Of a stretch of DNA of 64,000 nt, positions 39,547 to 53,520 are shown in pieces. A program made the translations under genes and the position numbers. The stretch comes from Clostridiales bacterium. Its GTDB lineage: Bacteria > Bacillota > Clostridia > Lachnospirales > Lachnospiraceae. The notes under the pieces were generated by a model. That model was not told the origin of the DNA. It did no database searches and worked only from the letters and a program-made list of their open reading frames with translations. The DNA is taken from the NCBI GenBank assembly GCA_019416265.1, contig DXXQ01000120.1, positions 7,141 through 71,140 of the forward strand, in the 5' to 3' direction. Numbering within the stretch: the stretch's first letter is position 1; each line of letters opens with the position of its first letter.

Positions 39547-40530
39547 ATGAAAAAACCAAGTATGATGGCTGTTATTTTATTTCTTACCGGAATGTTGTGC
39601 GTCTTTTCCCTCTTCTTCTTTAATCGGACGGCCAGCCGCCTGATTGTTTCTACAGAGAAGGATGTGGACAGCGCCATGGAACGGGTTCTCATGAAACGTG
39701 ATGAAATAAAGACTGCCGAAAACAGCTTTGCAAAAGCAATCGAAAACACGGAAGCCGATATCCGACGACTGGAACAAAAAGCCCGGGCCGCACAGCAGCC
39801 GGCCGAAAGAGAACGGGCGGACGTCCCCATGGAGGAGTCCTCCGGCGCTTCCGTCTTTGACGAACAGACCTCCAATGATGTTTTCGCATCAGAGGCTCCC
39901 CATATCGTAGCCATCGATCCGGGACATCAGAGCGAAAAAATCGATATGAGCGCCCCCGAGCCAAACGGCCCCGGTTCTTCTGAAATGAAGGCCAAATGTA
40001 CTACAGGAACTCAGGGCGCCTTCACCGGAATTCCGGAATACAGCCTGAACCTGAGTGTTTCTCTGAAGCTTAAAGCTGAGCTTGAGAGCCGGGGATATCA
40101 GGTTGTTATGACAAGGACAGACAATGACACTGCCATCAGCAACAAAGAAAGGGCTGAATACGCGGCAGCCCAGGGAGCTGAAATCTGTGTGCGCATCCAT
40201 GCCAACGGCGCAGACTCCTCCAGCGCTTCCGGAGCCCTGGCAATGTCCCCCTCTGAATCAAATCCCTATGTTTCCGCTCTTTATGGGGATTCCAACCAGC
40301 TTTCCTGGGACATCCTGGACGCCTACTGTTCTGTGACAGGTTTTACCAACTGGGGCGTACAGTACACAGACACCATGACGGGAATCAACTGGAGCTCCAT
40401 TCCTGTGACCATTCTGGAAATGGGATATATGACCAACGAAAACGATGACCGCCAGATGAACGATGAAGCCTTCCAAAGCGTTATGGCCAGCGGTATCGCA
40501 GACGGCATAGACACATATTTCTCAAGATAG
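39547..40530 (+). CDS. N-acetylmuramoyl-L-alanine amidase (Amidase_3)
   Basis: N-terminal anchor and coiled coil; IDPGHQ, EYSLNL, VVMTR, RIHANG, ILEMGYMTN (Zn and catalytic residues intact). Confidence 0.92.
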   Translation: MKKPSMMAVILFLTGMLCVFSLFFFNRTASRLIVSTEKDVDSAMERVLMKRDEIKTAENSFAKAIENTEADIRRLEQKARAAQQPAERERADVPMEESSGASVFDEQTSNDVFASEAPHIVAIDPGHQSEKIDMSAPEPNGPGSSEMKAKCTTGTQGAFTGIPEYSLNLSVSLKLKAELESRGYQVVMTRTDNDTAISNKERAEYAAAQGAEICVRIHANGADSSSASGALAMSPSESNPYVSALYGDSNQLSWDILDAYCSVTGFTNWGVQYTDTMTGINWSSIPVTILEMGYMTNENDDRQMNDEAFQSVMASGIADGIDTYFSR

Positions 40531-40541
40531 GAGAAGCACAT

Positions 40542-41609
40542 ATGAAAGATAATAACTCAAACAAACCGATTTTTTTATATATTGTCATCGCAGTTCTCGT
40601 ACTGTCCCTGGCAGCCCTGGGAGTTCTTACCTTTGCATCCCTTGACAGGCTTGCCTCCCTTCAGGCAAAGGTTACGCAGATGTCAGAGGCTGTAGAAGAG
40701 ATTTCTGAATCCGCCTCCACCTTGATCCAGCAGTCCATGCAGCTTGAGGAGCTGGAAAAAGAAAAGCAGGCACAGACAGAGGCCGCCCCACAGGAATCTG
40801 CGGATTCCCAGACAGAGGGAACTCTCGCTCCCTCAAACGGTTCGACCTTCACAAATAATACCGACGAGAGCATGGATCAGCTTCTCGGCCAGGTCGAACA
40901 GCTCCTTCCAAAAGATAACGGAACCTGGTCCGTTTATGTATGCAATCTTATGAAAGGCTCTGAGGGCTCCATCGCCAATGCTCCCATGCAGGCAGCCAGC
41001 CTCATCAAGCTGTATATTATGGGAAGCGTTTATGAAAACTACGAGGTACTTTCCGAAAAATACGGACGGGAAACTCTGGATAATAACATCCATAATATGA
41101 TCACCGTCAGCGATAACGATGCCGCCAATACTCTGGTAAACTGGCTTGGAAACGGAAATGATGCTGAGGGTATGGCGAAAGTAAATGCTTTCTGTCAGGC
41201 CCACGGCTACAAGGATACCCAGATGAACCGGCTTCTTCTTGCAGGCACGGAAAACGGCGATAATTATACTTCTGTAAAAGACTGCGGAACCTTCCTGAAG
41301 GAAATCTACCAGATCTGCAATGATCTTCCCACGGAGTCCACACTGACAAACGCCCAGGCTATGTATTATCACCTGAAGCTTCAGCAGCGGAAAAATAAAA
41401 TCCCCGCCCAGATACCGGAGGGGGTTCATGTAGCCAATAAAACCGGCGAGCTCTCCAATGTGGAAAACGACGCCGGAATCATCTTCGATACTGCCCAGGG
41501 CGTAGACCTTGTCATCTGCTTTATGTCCCAGGATCTCACGGATACAGGCGCAGCCCAGGAAACAATCGCTTCAAATGCACGGGCGATCTACGGATATTAT
41601 AATGAATAA
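40542..41609 (+). CDS. Membrane-anchored serine hydrolase, class A beta-lactamase / PBP-like fold
   Basis: N-terminal TM and coiled coil; SxxK (ASLIK), SDN and KTG motifs. Confidence 0.88.
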   Translation: MKDNNSNKPIFLYIVIAVLVLSLAALGVLTFASLDRLASLQAKVTQMSEAVEEISESASTLIQQSMQLEELEKEKQAQTEAAPQESADSQTEGTLAPSNGSTFTNNTDESMDQLLGQVEQLLPKDNGTWSVYVCNLMKGSEGSIANAPMQAASLIKLYIMGSVYENYEVLSEKYGRETLDNNIHNMITVSDNDAANTLVNWLGNGNDAEGMAKVNAFCQAHGYKDTQMNRLLLAGTENGDNYTSVKDCGTFLKEIYQICNDLPTESTLTNAQAMYYHLKLQQRKNKIPAQIPEGVHVANKTGELSNVENDAGIIFDTAQGVDLVICFMSQDLTDTGAAQETIASNARAIYGYYNE

Positions 41610-41611
41610 CA

Positions 41612-41635
41612 AAGGGGAAGCTTACGCTTCCCCTT
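41612..41635. terminator. Hairpin at the junction of the convergent operons
   Basis: AAGGGGAAGC-TTAC-GCTTCCCCTT, overlapping the stop codon of the minus-strand gene; U-tracts are weak. Confidence 0.6.
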
Positions 41636-42842
41636 CTTCATAGGACATTTCCCATATTTCCGAAAACACTGCCAGCGGACAATCTGTCAGCAGGCACATC
41701 AGCAAAAAACATTCATATGGATTTACTATGTAAATTTCACTCATTCCGCATTTCAGCAGAATTTCCTGGATTTCCTCCAGAAAGTGACGATATCTGTTAT
41801 AGGGATCCTCCTCCTGCATCTCCTGTGATACAATGAAAAACTCCAGAGTGATCAGGTCGAATCTCTCCACAGGAAGCCTGTGATACAGGATATTGGTGAT
41901 TCTCTGCCTGCTGAACCTCTTCTGGCTGAAATGCTTCGCAAGAATGGAGGCCGACATCTTTTTGAGATTTCCCATCTGATTAATCGGAATCCCGCTGCAG
42001 ATAACCTTTTCCACATCAGACGGCGTAATTTTCTCCGCTGTCCACACCTTACCTCCGTGTTTCTCCTCTTCATCCTTCTGATACATGGCGGCTATGATTT
42101 CCTTTGCCCTGTACAGAAGTCTGGAAAACTCCTGAAACGCCTGACTTTTCTCTGACATGGGATCGCCCATTTTCGCCTTTAAATAGGAAAGATACTTCAT
42201 AAGGCTTTCCTCTGTGTCCAGACAGAGATTATTTGCATAAATAACCCCTTCTGTTTTCGTATGATCCGGTTCCAGACGATTGTATGCCTCCTTCAGTTCT
42301 TCTGCCTTATGGTATCCGAACTGATGACAATAGCAGTACCAGTAAATAACCTCCATCGGATTGTGAAAATCAAAATCCTGCTCCTTCAGAACCCTTGTCA
42401 GAAAATCAGACACATCATCGGCTGTCATCCGCAGCCCGAATCCAAGGATAAATAAGGTATCCCTTTTTACAGAAACCTGTGTCAGCCAGTTGTTCACAAG
42501 AGCTGTCAGCTTCGTTGATGTAGGGTTCATGGATTTAGGCGTAAAGGTTTCCTTAAAGGATTCCAGAACGATCTCCCTGTATACCTCCTGGGGCACTTCT
42601 GAAAAGGGCTCCTCCAGTTCCGCTCTTTCATATATGTACCGTTTCAGATGATCCCCAAAGGAAACCAGCTTCATTTCTTTATACAGATAATGAAATATCA
42701 CATCTGCATCCTCATCCTCGAAGCTGTCCAGGCTCACTACCTGGCGGAACCTCTGGGCTGCCTTTCTGGTAAATTCAAAATCCTGAACCCTGTCAAAGGC
42801 TACTGTCTGTTCAAAATCCAAATCCTGCATACGGTTTTTCAT
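41622..42842 (-). CDS. Hypothetical cytoplasmic protein with two related helical (HTH-like) modules
   Basis: 406 aa, RBS AGGTGA, start overlaps the PP2C stop (ATGA); no TM or signal peptide. Confidence 0.8.
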   Translation of the reverse strand: MKNRMQDLDFEQTVAFDRVQDFEFTRKAAQRFRQVVSLDSFEDEDADVIFHYLYKEMKLVSFGDHLKRYIYERAELEEPFSEVPQEVYREIVLESFKETFTPKSMNPTSTKLTALVNNWLTQVSVKRDTLFILGFGLRMTADDVSDFLTRVLKEQDFDFHNPMEVIYWYCYCHQFGYHKAEELKEAYNRLEPDHTKTEGVIYANNLCLDTEESLMKYLSYLKAKMGDPMSEKSQAFQEFSRLLYRAKEIIAAMYQKDEEEKHGGKVWTAEKITPSDVEKVICSGIPINQMGNLKKMSASILAKHFSQKRFSRQRITNILYHRLPVERFDLITLEFFIVSQEMQEEDPYNRYRHFLEEIQEILLKCGMSEIYIVNPYECFLLMCLLTDCPLAVFSEIWEMSYEEGEA

Positions 42843-43669
42843 ACTGCTTCACCTACATTCTCTTTCCTGAAACCGCCCAGCCACTTTTTGATTCTCTCCC
42901 CGGGCATCGGCTGGCCTACTTCACAAAGGACGATCGTCACATTATCTCTTGCTCCTTTTTTCAGAACACGTTCCAGCAGAATCTCAACTGTCGATTCCAG
43001 CGGAATCTCCCTTGTCAGAATATCTGCGATCTCCCCGTCTGAAAGCATATCCGTCATTCCGTCTGAACAGAGAAGAAATTTTTTCCCAATCTTATATTTC
43101 ATCTCGGAAACAGACGGATCCGGAAACTGCTGTTCCTCCGGTATTCCCAGATACTGAGTCAGCGGAGCCTTTCCGAAGGCATATTTCCCCTCCACATGAT
43201 CTGTGGAGATCTGGAAAAAGCCACTGTCATCCACTGCATAGACACGGCTGTCTCCAAGATTGCAGGCATAAATACTTTCTGCCCCAAACAGGAGCATAGC
43301 CACTGTGGTTCCCATAGAATTGATGTGGTTTGCATCACCATAGCGGCATATCGCCTGATTCATGCTCCTGCACAGACCTTCCACGAAGCTGTCCGGGTTT
43401 TTCTTCAGATTTTTTTTATTGATTTCATAATAATTGCCAAATTCTTCGGAGGCAAGAAAGGCTGCCATTTCTCCGCAGCTTTCTCCTCCCATCCCGTCAA
43501 AGACTGCAAGCGCCGGGATTTTTGCTCTGGAAATAACACCTGTGTGAATCCCTTCACTTCCCCGGTTATCTGCCGGAAGTGAGTTTCCGCAGCACCAGAA
43601 ATTGTCCTCGTTATTTCCACGTATTTTTCCAATATGGCTCGTATATGCATATTTAATCTGGTAGCACAT
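42839..43669 (-). CDS. PP2C-family Ser/Thr phosphatase
   Basis: RGNNED, VFDGMGG, GTT, NLGDSR, TDH, LCSDGM, RDNVT motifs. Confidence 0.95.
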   Translation of the reverse strand: MCYQIKYAYTSHIGKIRGNNEDNFWCCGNSLPADNRGSEGIHTGVISRAKIPALAVFDGMGGESCGEMAAFLASEEFGNYYEINKKNLKKNPDSFVEGLCRSMNQAICRYGDANHINSMGTTVAMLLFGAESIYACNLGDSRVYAVDDSGFFQISTDHVEGKYAFGKAPLTQYLGIPEEQQFPDPSVSEMKYKIGKKFLLCSDGMTDMLSDGEIADILTREIPLESTVEILLERVLKKGARDNVTIVLCEVGQPMPGERIKKWLGGFRKENVGEAV

Positions 43670-43684
43670 CTCTCACACTTCCTA

Positions 43685-45565
43685 TCATTCCAATTCTTCT
43701 GATCCTTTCAGAAGTTTCATCTCTGCTTCTGCCTTTTTCAGATACTTCGCACCTCTTTCCATATATTCCGGATTATCCTTTTCATTGTCATGGCAGATCT
43801 CATTTTCGTCGATCCACCGGATCAAGTTTCCGTCATCGTCATAGTAGTAGAGTTCTACTTTTGTATCATACCAGATGTAGGCAAAAAACAGCTTTTCTTT
43901 CCAGTAATAATACTCCTCATACATCTTATCCTCGGAACTTGAAGGATAAACAAGCACCTTCATGTATTCCCTGGTATCGTGATTGTAATAGCTGATCTTA
44001 TCTCCCTCAACGCCTGTCCAGTCATATCCGTTGGATTCCAGTGTATCCACAATGCTCGTTGCCCGTTCCTTGATCGTTTCGATCTGGGAGGTAAAATCCT
44101 TCGAGGAATCATTGGTGTCATATTTGTCATTCTCAAGAATGTCCACAAGTCCTGTACTTTCCTGCTGTGTACCGGCTCCCTCGCCTCCTGTGGCCTTCAT
44201 ATAGATGGAGAAAACGATCACTGCTGCACAGGCGGTAAGGATCACCGGCACAAGCCAGCCTGCAATCTGTCTTCTTCGTTTCTGCTTTCTTTTTTGAGCC
44301 AGACGCGCCTGACTGCGGGCTGCCCGGGATTCTATGGAATCCCCGGACTTCTGAGGCTGCGAAGCTTTATGCTGAAGATCTGTGTTCTTTTTCTGAACCT
44401 TCTTCTGATCTGCCGTCCGAATGCTTCTTTGCTGTGACTGCAGATTCTGCGGTAAGTTCCCGGTTTGGGAAGCTGTGCTTTTCTGTACCGGATTCTGCCG
44501 GACTGCCAGTTTCTCCATTGGCTCATCCTGGGAAGGGGGAATCTGATGCCTTTGCGGCTGTACTGCCTGCAGCGGCGGTATCTGTCTGCTCTGTGCAGAG
44601 GCCTTTTCCTGCTGCTTTCGGTCTGCCCCCTCCTTCACATAAGACTGAAATCTTCCATGCTGCAGATCGTCCAGGTCATTGTAAAACTCTTCCGGTGTCT
44701 GGTATCGGTCATCCGCCCGATATGCACAGGCTTTGAGAATAATGCGTGAAAAATCTTCCCCTGCATCCACCGGTTTTTTCAGCGCTTCCCCTGACATACG
44801 TCTGGCAAGGGCATTCTCCTTATCCCTGTATGTGATAAACTGCTTCTCAAGATTCAAAAACGGCAGTCTGTTCTTGTTCATCAGTTTATAGAGTACGATT
44901 CCAAGGGAATAAATATCAACCCTGCTGTCATATTTCTCGCCCTTATACATTTCAGGCGCCATATAGGAGTAGGTTCCCTTTTTGGAAAAACTGCTCATTG
45001 TCCGTTCCAGTTCACGGGCGATCCCGAAATCTCCAAGCTTGAAATCCCCGAATCTTGATACAAAAATATTCTCAGGTTTAATATCTCTGTGGATAATGTT
45101 TAATTTCCGACAGTATCCAAGAGCCTTGCTTAAGTCAATACCAAGCTTGATGACATCCTTCTCTGTGAGCTGGTTCTCGGCACAGTAGTCCATGAAACTT
45201 GTAAGATATTCCATTCGTATGGAAATCTCCCAGCCAATATCGTCCAGATACTCCAACACCTTGAAATCCTCCACGGATACAATGTGGGAGTTTCCCCGAA
45301 AATATTCCATGGTGCTGATTTCCTGGATACACTCTTCCACCAGATTGCGAAAATACTCTCTCACTGACTGATCGTCCCCTACTTCAGAGCGAACACTGTT
45401 TAACTCACTCTGACTTCCGGGAATATGAATGACCTTGATTGCCGAGTAGAAGCTTTTCCCCCGCTCACTGCGCTGTGCTTTATACACCTTGCCGAAGGAT
45501 CCTTCTCCGATTTTTTCTACAATCTTCCATTCCGCCCAGGGCGAAACCGGATGTTCCCTGTCCAT
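43685..45565 (-). CDS. Transmembrane Hanks-type Ser/Thr protein kinase
   Basis: GEGSFGKV, AIK, HRDIKPEN, DFG, GTYSYMAPE, DIYSLG; Gln-rich linker, one TM, ~165-aa external domain without PASTA repeats. Confidence 0.95.
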   Translation of the reverse strand: MDREHPVSPWAEWKIVEKIGEGSFGKVYKAQRSERGKSFYSAIKVIHIPGSQSELNSVRSEVGDDQSVREYFRNLVEECIQEISTMEYFRGNSHIVSVEDFKVLEYLDDIGWEISIRMEYLTSFMDYCAENQLTEKDVIKLGIDLSKALGYCRKLNIIHRDIKPENIFVSRFGDFKLGDFGIARELERTMSSFSKKGTYSYMAPEMYKGEKYDSRVDIYSLGIVLYKLMNKNRLPFLNLEKQFITYRDKENALARRMSGEALKKPVDAGEDFSRIILKACAYRADDRYQTPEEFYNDLDDLQHGRFQSYVKEGADRKQQEKASAQSRQIPPLQAVQPQRHQIPPSQDEPMEKLAVRQNPVQKSTASQTGNLPQNLQSQQRSIRTADQKKVQKKNTDLQHKASQPQKSGDSIESRAARSQARLAQKRKQKRRRQIAGWLVPVILTACAAVIVFSIYMKATGGEGAGTQQESTGLVDILENDKYDTNDSSKDFTSQIETIKERATSIVDTLESNGYDWTGVEGDKISYYNHDTREYMKVLVYPSSSEDKMYEEYYYWKEKLFFAYIWYDTKVELYYYDDDGNLIRWIDENEICHDNEKDNPEYMERGAKYLKKAEAEMKLLKGSEELE

Positions 45566-45721
45566 ACTGCACCTCCTTCCTTGTTTTTTACATTATTTTT
45601 AGTAAATAGATGTTGTTTTTATGTCATAACTATGATCTATTTTATTATAATCGGATTTTAACATAAAAGAAACTATAATCTGTATTTTACAATATTTTCC
45701 CAAAATTTGTCCAGTAAAACC

Positions 45722-45753
45722 AAAAGAAGAGCGCTCCCTGGGGAACGCTCTCC
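45722..45753 (-). terminator. rpoBC terminator
   Basis: Minus strand AGGAGAGCGTTCCCAGGGAGCGCTCTTCTTTT. Confidence 0.75.
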
Positions 45754-45773
45754 TGTATTTACTGCTATTTTGT

Positions 45774-49493
<3,720 letters not shown>

Positions 49494-49510
49494 GTATTCT
49501 TTTCCCCTTT

Positions 49511-52500
49511 CTACTCTTCGTCATCAAGAGTTTCATCAAACTCCATGAAATCTTCTTCGTCTTCATCCTCTTCCACGTCAACGAGTTCTTCTCCCTCAAA
49601 CTCCTGCTGTGTATAGCCGTGTTTGCTGAAGGATTCACTGTCAGACTGTCTTCTGGATTCGCCCTCGATAACAGAACGCAGGTCTGTGTCGCCGTAATCT
49701 ACGGTTTCCATAATCTCTACCTCTGTCTGGTCCTCTCTTAAAACTTTTACATCCAGACCAAGAGACTGGAGCTCTTTTAAGAGTACCTTGAAGGATTCCG
49801 GAATACCCGGCTCAGGAATATTGTCACCCTTGATGATAGCTTCATAGGTCTTAACTCGTCCGATCACATCATCGGATTTCACTGTCAGGATTTCCTGAAG
49901 TGTATAGGATGCACCGTATGCCTCAAGAGCCCAAACCTCCATCTCACCGAAACGCTGTCCGCCGAACTGAGCTTTACCACCCAGAGGCTGCTGTGTTACG
50001 AGGGAGTATGGACCTGTGGAACGTGCATGGATCTTATCGTCTACCAGATGATGCAGCTTCAGGTAGTGCATGTGTCCGATGGTTACAGGGCTATCGAAAT
50101 ACTCGCCTGTACGTCCGTCACGGAGACGTACCTTACCGTCTCTGGAAATCGGAACGCCCTTCCAAAGGGCTCTGTGCGCTTTGTTTTCATCCAGATACTG
50201 CATAACTTCCGGTGCTAAAACATCTTCATATTTTGCACGGAACTCTTCGAAATCTTCTGTATTAACATAATCGTTGGCAAGTTCCAGAGTATCCTGGATA
50301 TCCTTCTCGTTTGCACCTGCAAATACAGGAGTTGCAACGTTAAAGCCAAGAGCTTTGGCAGCAAGGCTTAAGTGGATTTCCAGTACCTGTCCGATATTCA
50401 TACGTGAAGGCACGCCCAGAGGGTTCAGCACGATGTCAAGCGGACGGCCGTTTGGAAGGAATGGCATATCTTCAACAGGAAGTACACGGGAAACGACACC
50501 CTTGTTACCGTGACGACCGGCCATTTTATCACCAACGGAAATCTTTCTCTTCTGTGCAATGTAGATACGTACAGACTGGTTTACGCCAGGGGACAGCTCG
50601 TCGCCGTTCTCTCTTGTAAATACCTTGGCATCTACAACAATACCGTATTCACCATGAGGTACTTTCAGGGAAGTATCACGTACTTCACGCGCCTTCTCAC
50701 CGAAGATCGCACGAAGGAGACGCTCCTCTGCTGTCAGCTCTGTCTCTCCCTTAGGAGTTACTTTACCAACAAGGATATCGCCTGCGCGAACCTCTGCACC
50801 GATACGGATGATACCACGTTCATCCAGATCCTTCAGTGCATCGTCACCTACGCCCGGAACATCGCGTGTGATCTCTTCCGGTCCTAATTTGGTGTCACGA
50901 GATTCTGCTTCATATTCTTCAATATGGACAGATGTGTAAACATCATCCATAACAAGTCTTTCACTTAAAAGGACAGCATCCTCGTAGTTATAACCTTCCC
51001 AGGTCATAAATCCGATCAGCGGGTTTTTACCAAGTGCAAGCTCACCGTTTGCTGTGGAAGGACCGTCAGCGATAACCTGTCCTGCCTCTACATGCTCTCC
51101 CTGGAACACGATCGGTTTCTGGTTGTAGCAGTTGCTCTGGTTACTTCTTAAGAACTTGGTAAGATGGTAATCATCTTTTGTTCCGTCATCGTTCTTGATG
51201 CTGATATCTGTAGAAGTGGAACGGAGAACTGTACCGGATTTCTTAGCCAGTACGCAGACACCGGAGTCAACGGCTGTCTTTGTTTCCATACCTGTACCAA
51301 CTACAGGAGCTTCCGTTGTGAGAAGCGGCACTGCCTGACGCTGCATGTTGGATCCCATCAGCGCACGGTTGGCATCGTCGTTCTGCAGGAACGGAATCAG
51401 GGCTGTAGCAACGGAGAATACCATCTTAGGAGATACGTCCATGTACTCGAACATATGACGCTCGTACTCCTGAGTCTCTTCCAGATAACGACCGGAAACA
51501 TTCTTGTGAATGAAATGTCCCTCTTCATCCAGAGGCTCATTGGCCTGTGCTACATGATAATTATCCTCTTCATCTGCTGTCATATAGACTACTTCGTCTG
51601 TGACACGGGGATTCTTAGGATCTGTTCTGTCAATTTTACGGTAAGGCGCTTCGATAAATCCGTACTGATTGATCCTTGCATAAGAAGCAAGGGAGTTAAT
51701 CAGACCGATGTTCGGACCTTCAGGTGTCTCGATCGGACACATTCTTCCGTAATGGGAGTAGTGAACGTCTCGAACCTCGAATCCGGCTCTGTCTCGTGAC
51801 AGACCGCCAGGACCTAAGGCGGAAAGACGTCTCTTGTGGGTCAGCTCACCCAGAGGGTTGTTCTGATCCATGAACTGGGACAGCTGGGAAGAACCGAAGA
51901 ATTCTTTCACTGCCGCAGTTACAGGTTTAATATTGATCAGGGACTGAGGAGAAATATTCTCAGAATCCTGTGTTGTCATTCTCTCACGAACCACACGTTC
52001 CAGTCTGGAAAGACCGATACGGTACTGGTTCTGAAGCAGCTCGCCTACTGCACGGATACGACGGTTGCCCAGATGGTCGATGTCGTCGTCATTTCCGATG
52101 CCGTATTCCAGATGCATATTGTAGTTGATGGAAGCAAAAATATCTTCCTTTGTGATATGCTTCGGAATCAGGTCATGGATATCTCTGCGGATAGCAGCTT
52201 CAATATCTTCCTGTGTGTCATTTTCTTCCAGAATTTTTTCGAGGACAGGGTAGTATACTAATTCTGTAACACCCAGAGCCTTTGCATCGATTTCCGGAAG
52301 GAAATGATGAATATCAACCATTAAGTTGGAAAGGACTTTAATCTTGCGGTCCTCTTCTCCCAGAATCCATACAAACGGAACTGCGCTGTTCTGAAGAGTC
52401 TCTGCAAGCTCAACGGTAACTACTGCGCCTTCCTCTGCAAGGATTTCGCCGGTGGTTGTATCTACAACCTCTTCTGCCAGCTTATGGCCGACGATTCTCT

Positions 52501-53359
52501 TATTGAAATGAAGTTTCTTATTAAATTTATAACGTCCTACTTTGGCAAGGTCGTATCTTCTCGGGTCAAAGAACATTGCAGTGATGAGGCTCTCTGCGCT
52601 CTCTACTGCCAGCGGCTCGCCCGGACGGATTTTCTTGTAAAGCTCAAGAAGACCTTCCTGGTAGTTTGTTGATGTATCCTTGGAAAAGCTTGCCAGAATC
52701 TTAGGCTCTTCGCCGAATAAGTCAACGATTTCCGCATTGCTTCCCACTCCAAGGGCACGGATGAGAACAGTGATCGGAACCTTTCTTGTTCTGTCCACTC
52801 TTACATAGAAAACATCATTAGAGTCTGTCTCATATTCCAGCCATGCACCTCTGTTCGGGATTACTGTACTGGAGAACAGTCTCTTTCCAAGTTTATCGTG
52901 TGCAATTGCGTAATAGATTCCAGGGGAACGCACTAACTGGCTGACGATTACACGTTCGGCGCCATTGATAACAAATGTGCCTGTAGCCGTCATGATAGGT
53001 AAATCTCCCATGAAAATCTCGTGTTCGTTGATTTCTTCCGTTTCTTTGTTAATCAGTCGCACTCGAACCTTCAAAGGTGCGGCGTAAGTTACGTCACGTT
53101 CTTTACACTGTTCGATATTATATTTCGCATCTTTTTCGTCAAATGTAAAGTCGATGAATTCCAGGCTGAGCTTTCCGCCGTAATCCGCGATTGGAGAAAT
53201 ATCATCAAAGACTTCCTTCAAACCTTCGTCGAGAAACCACTGGTAGGAATCTTTCTGGACTTCAATCAGATTCGGCATTTCCAGGACTTCTTTTTGCCTC
53301 TGGTAGCTCATACGCATACTTTTTCCAGTTTTTACAGAACGAATTCTGTTTTTTTCCAT
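49511..53359 (-). CDS. rpoB: RNA polymerase beta subunit
   Basis: [34 protein letters not shown]. Confidence 0.99.
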   Translation of the reverse strand: MEKNRIRSVKTGKSMRMSYQRQKEVLEMPNLIEVQKDSYQWFLDEGLKEVFDDISPIADYGGKLSLEFIDFTFDEKDAKYNIEQCKERDVTYAAPLKVRVRLINKETEEINEHEIFMGDLPIMTATGTFVINGAERVIVSQLVRSPGIYYAIAHDKLGKRLFSSTVIPNRGAWLEYETDSNDVFYVRVDRTRKVPITVLIRALGVGSNAEIVDLFGEEPKILASFSKDTSTNYQEGLLELYKKIRPGEPLAVESAESLITAMFFDPRRYDLAKVGRYKFNKKLHFNKRIVGHKLAEEVVDTTTGEILAEEGAVVTVELAETLQNSAVPFVWILGEEDRKIKVLSNLMVDIHHFLPEIDAKALGVTELVYYPVLEKILEENDTQEDIEAAIRRDIHDLIPKHITKEDIFASINYNMHLEYGIGNDDDIDHLGNRRIRAVGELLQNQYRIGLSRLERVVRERMTTQDSENISPQSLINIKPVTAAVKEFFGSSQLSQFMDQNNPLGELTHKRRLSALGPGGLSRDRAGFEVRDVHYSHYGRMCPIETPEGPNIGLINSLASYARINQYGFIEAPYRKIDRTDPKNPRVTDEVVYMTADEEDNYHVAQANEPLDEEGHFIHKNVSGRYLEETQEYERHMFEYMDVSPKMVFSVATALIPFLQNDDANRALMGSNMQRQAVPLLTTEAPVVGTGMETKTAVDSGVCVLAKKSGTVLRSTSTDISIKNDDGTKDDYHLTKFLRSNQSNCYNQKPIVFQGEHVEAGQVIADGPSTANGELALGKNPLIGFMTWEGYNYEDAVLLSERLVMDDVYTSVHIEEYEAESRDTKLGPEEITRDVPGVGDDALKDLDERGIIRIGAEVRAGDILVGKVTPKGETELTAEERLLRAIFGEKAREVRDTSLKVPHGEYGIVVDAKVFTRENGDELSPGVNQSVRIYIAQKRKISVGDKMAGRHGNKGVVSRVLPVEDMPFLPNGRPLDIVLNPLGVPSRMNIGQVLEIHLSLAAKALGFNVATPVFAGANEKDIQDTLELANDYVNTEDFEEFRAKYEDVLAPEVMQYLDENKAHRALWKGVPISRDGKVRLRDGRTGEYFDSPVTIGHMHYLKLHHLVDDKIHARSTGPYSLVTQQPLGGKAQFGGQRFGEMEVWALEAYGASYTLQEILTVKSDDVIGRVKTYEAIIKGDNIPEPGIPESFKVLLKELQSLGLDVKVLREDQTEVEIMETVDYGDTDLRSVIEGESRRQSDSESFSKHGYTQQEFEGEELVDVEEDEDEEDFMEFDETLDDEE

Positions 53360-53455
53360 TGACGTTTCACCCCTGTTTTTTCTTTATATTTATTATAACA
53401 TGATCCCCTCATCCACAGACAAGTGGGCACATCTTGCCATAATATAGCATCTTTC

Positions 53456-53485
53456 ACTATAGCACAATAAAACTTCTTGTGTCAA
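53456..53485 (-). promoter_or_regulatory. rpoB promoter
   Basis: TTGACA-18 bp-TATAGT with an extended -10 TG. Confidence 0.7.
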
Positions 53486-53520
53486 CCACTTTTTTGATTT
53501 TTTCCGTTTATTTTACAATT

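Noticed and set aside
40542..41609. Beta-lactam resistance gene
   Set aside because: Has SxxK/SDN/KTG but is membrane-anchored and lacks an obvious class A deacylation motif; resistance cannot be claimed.
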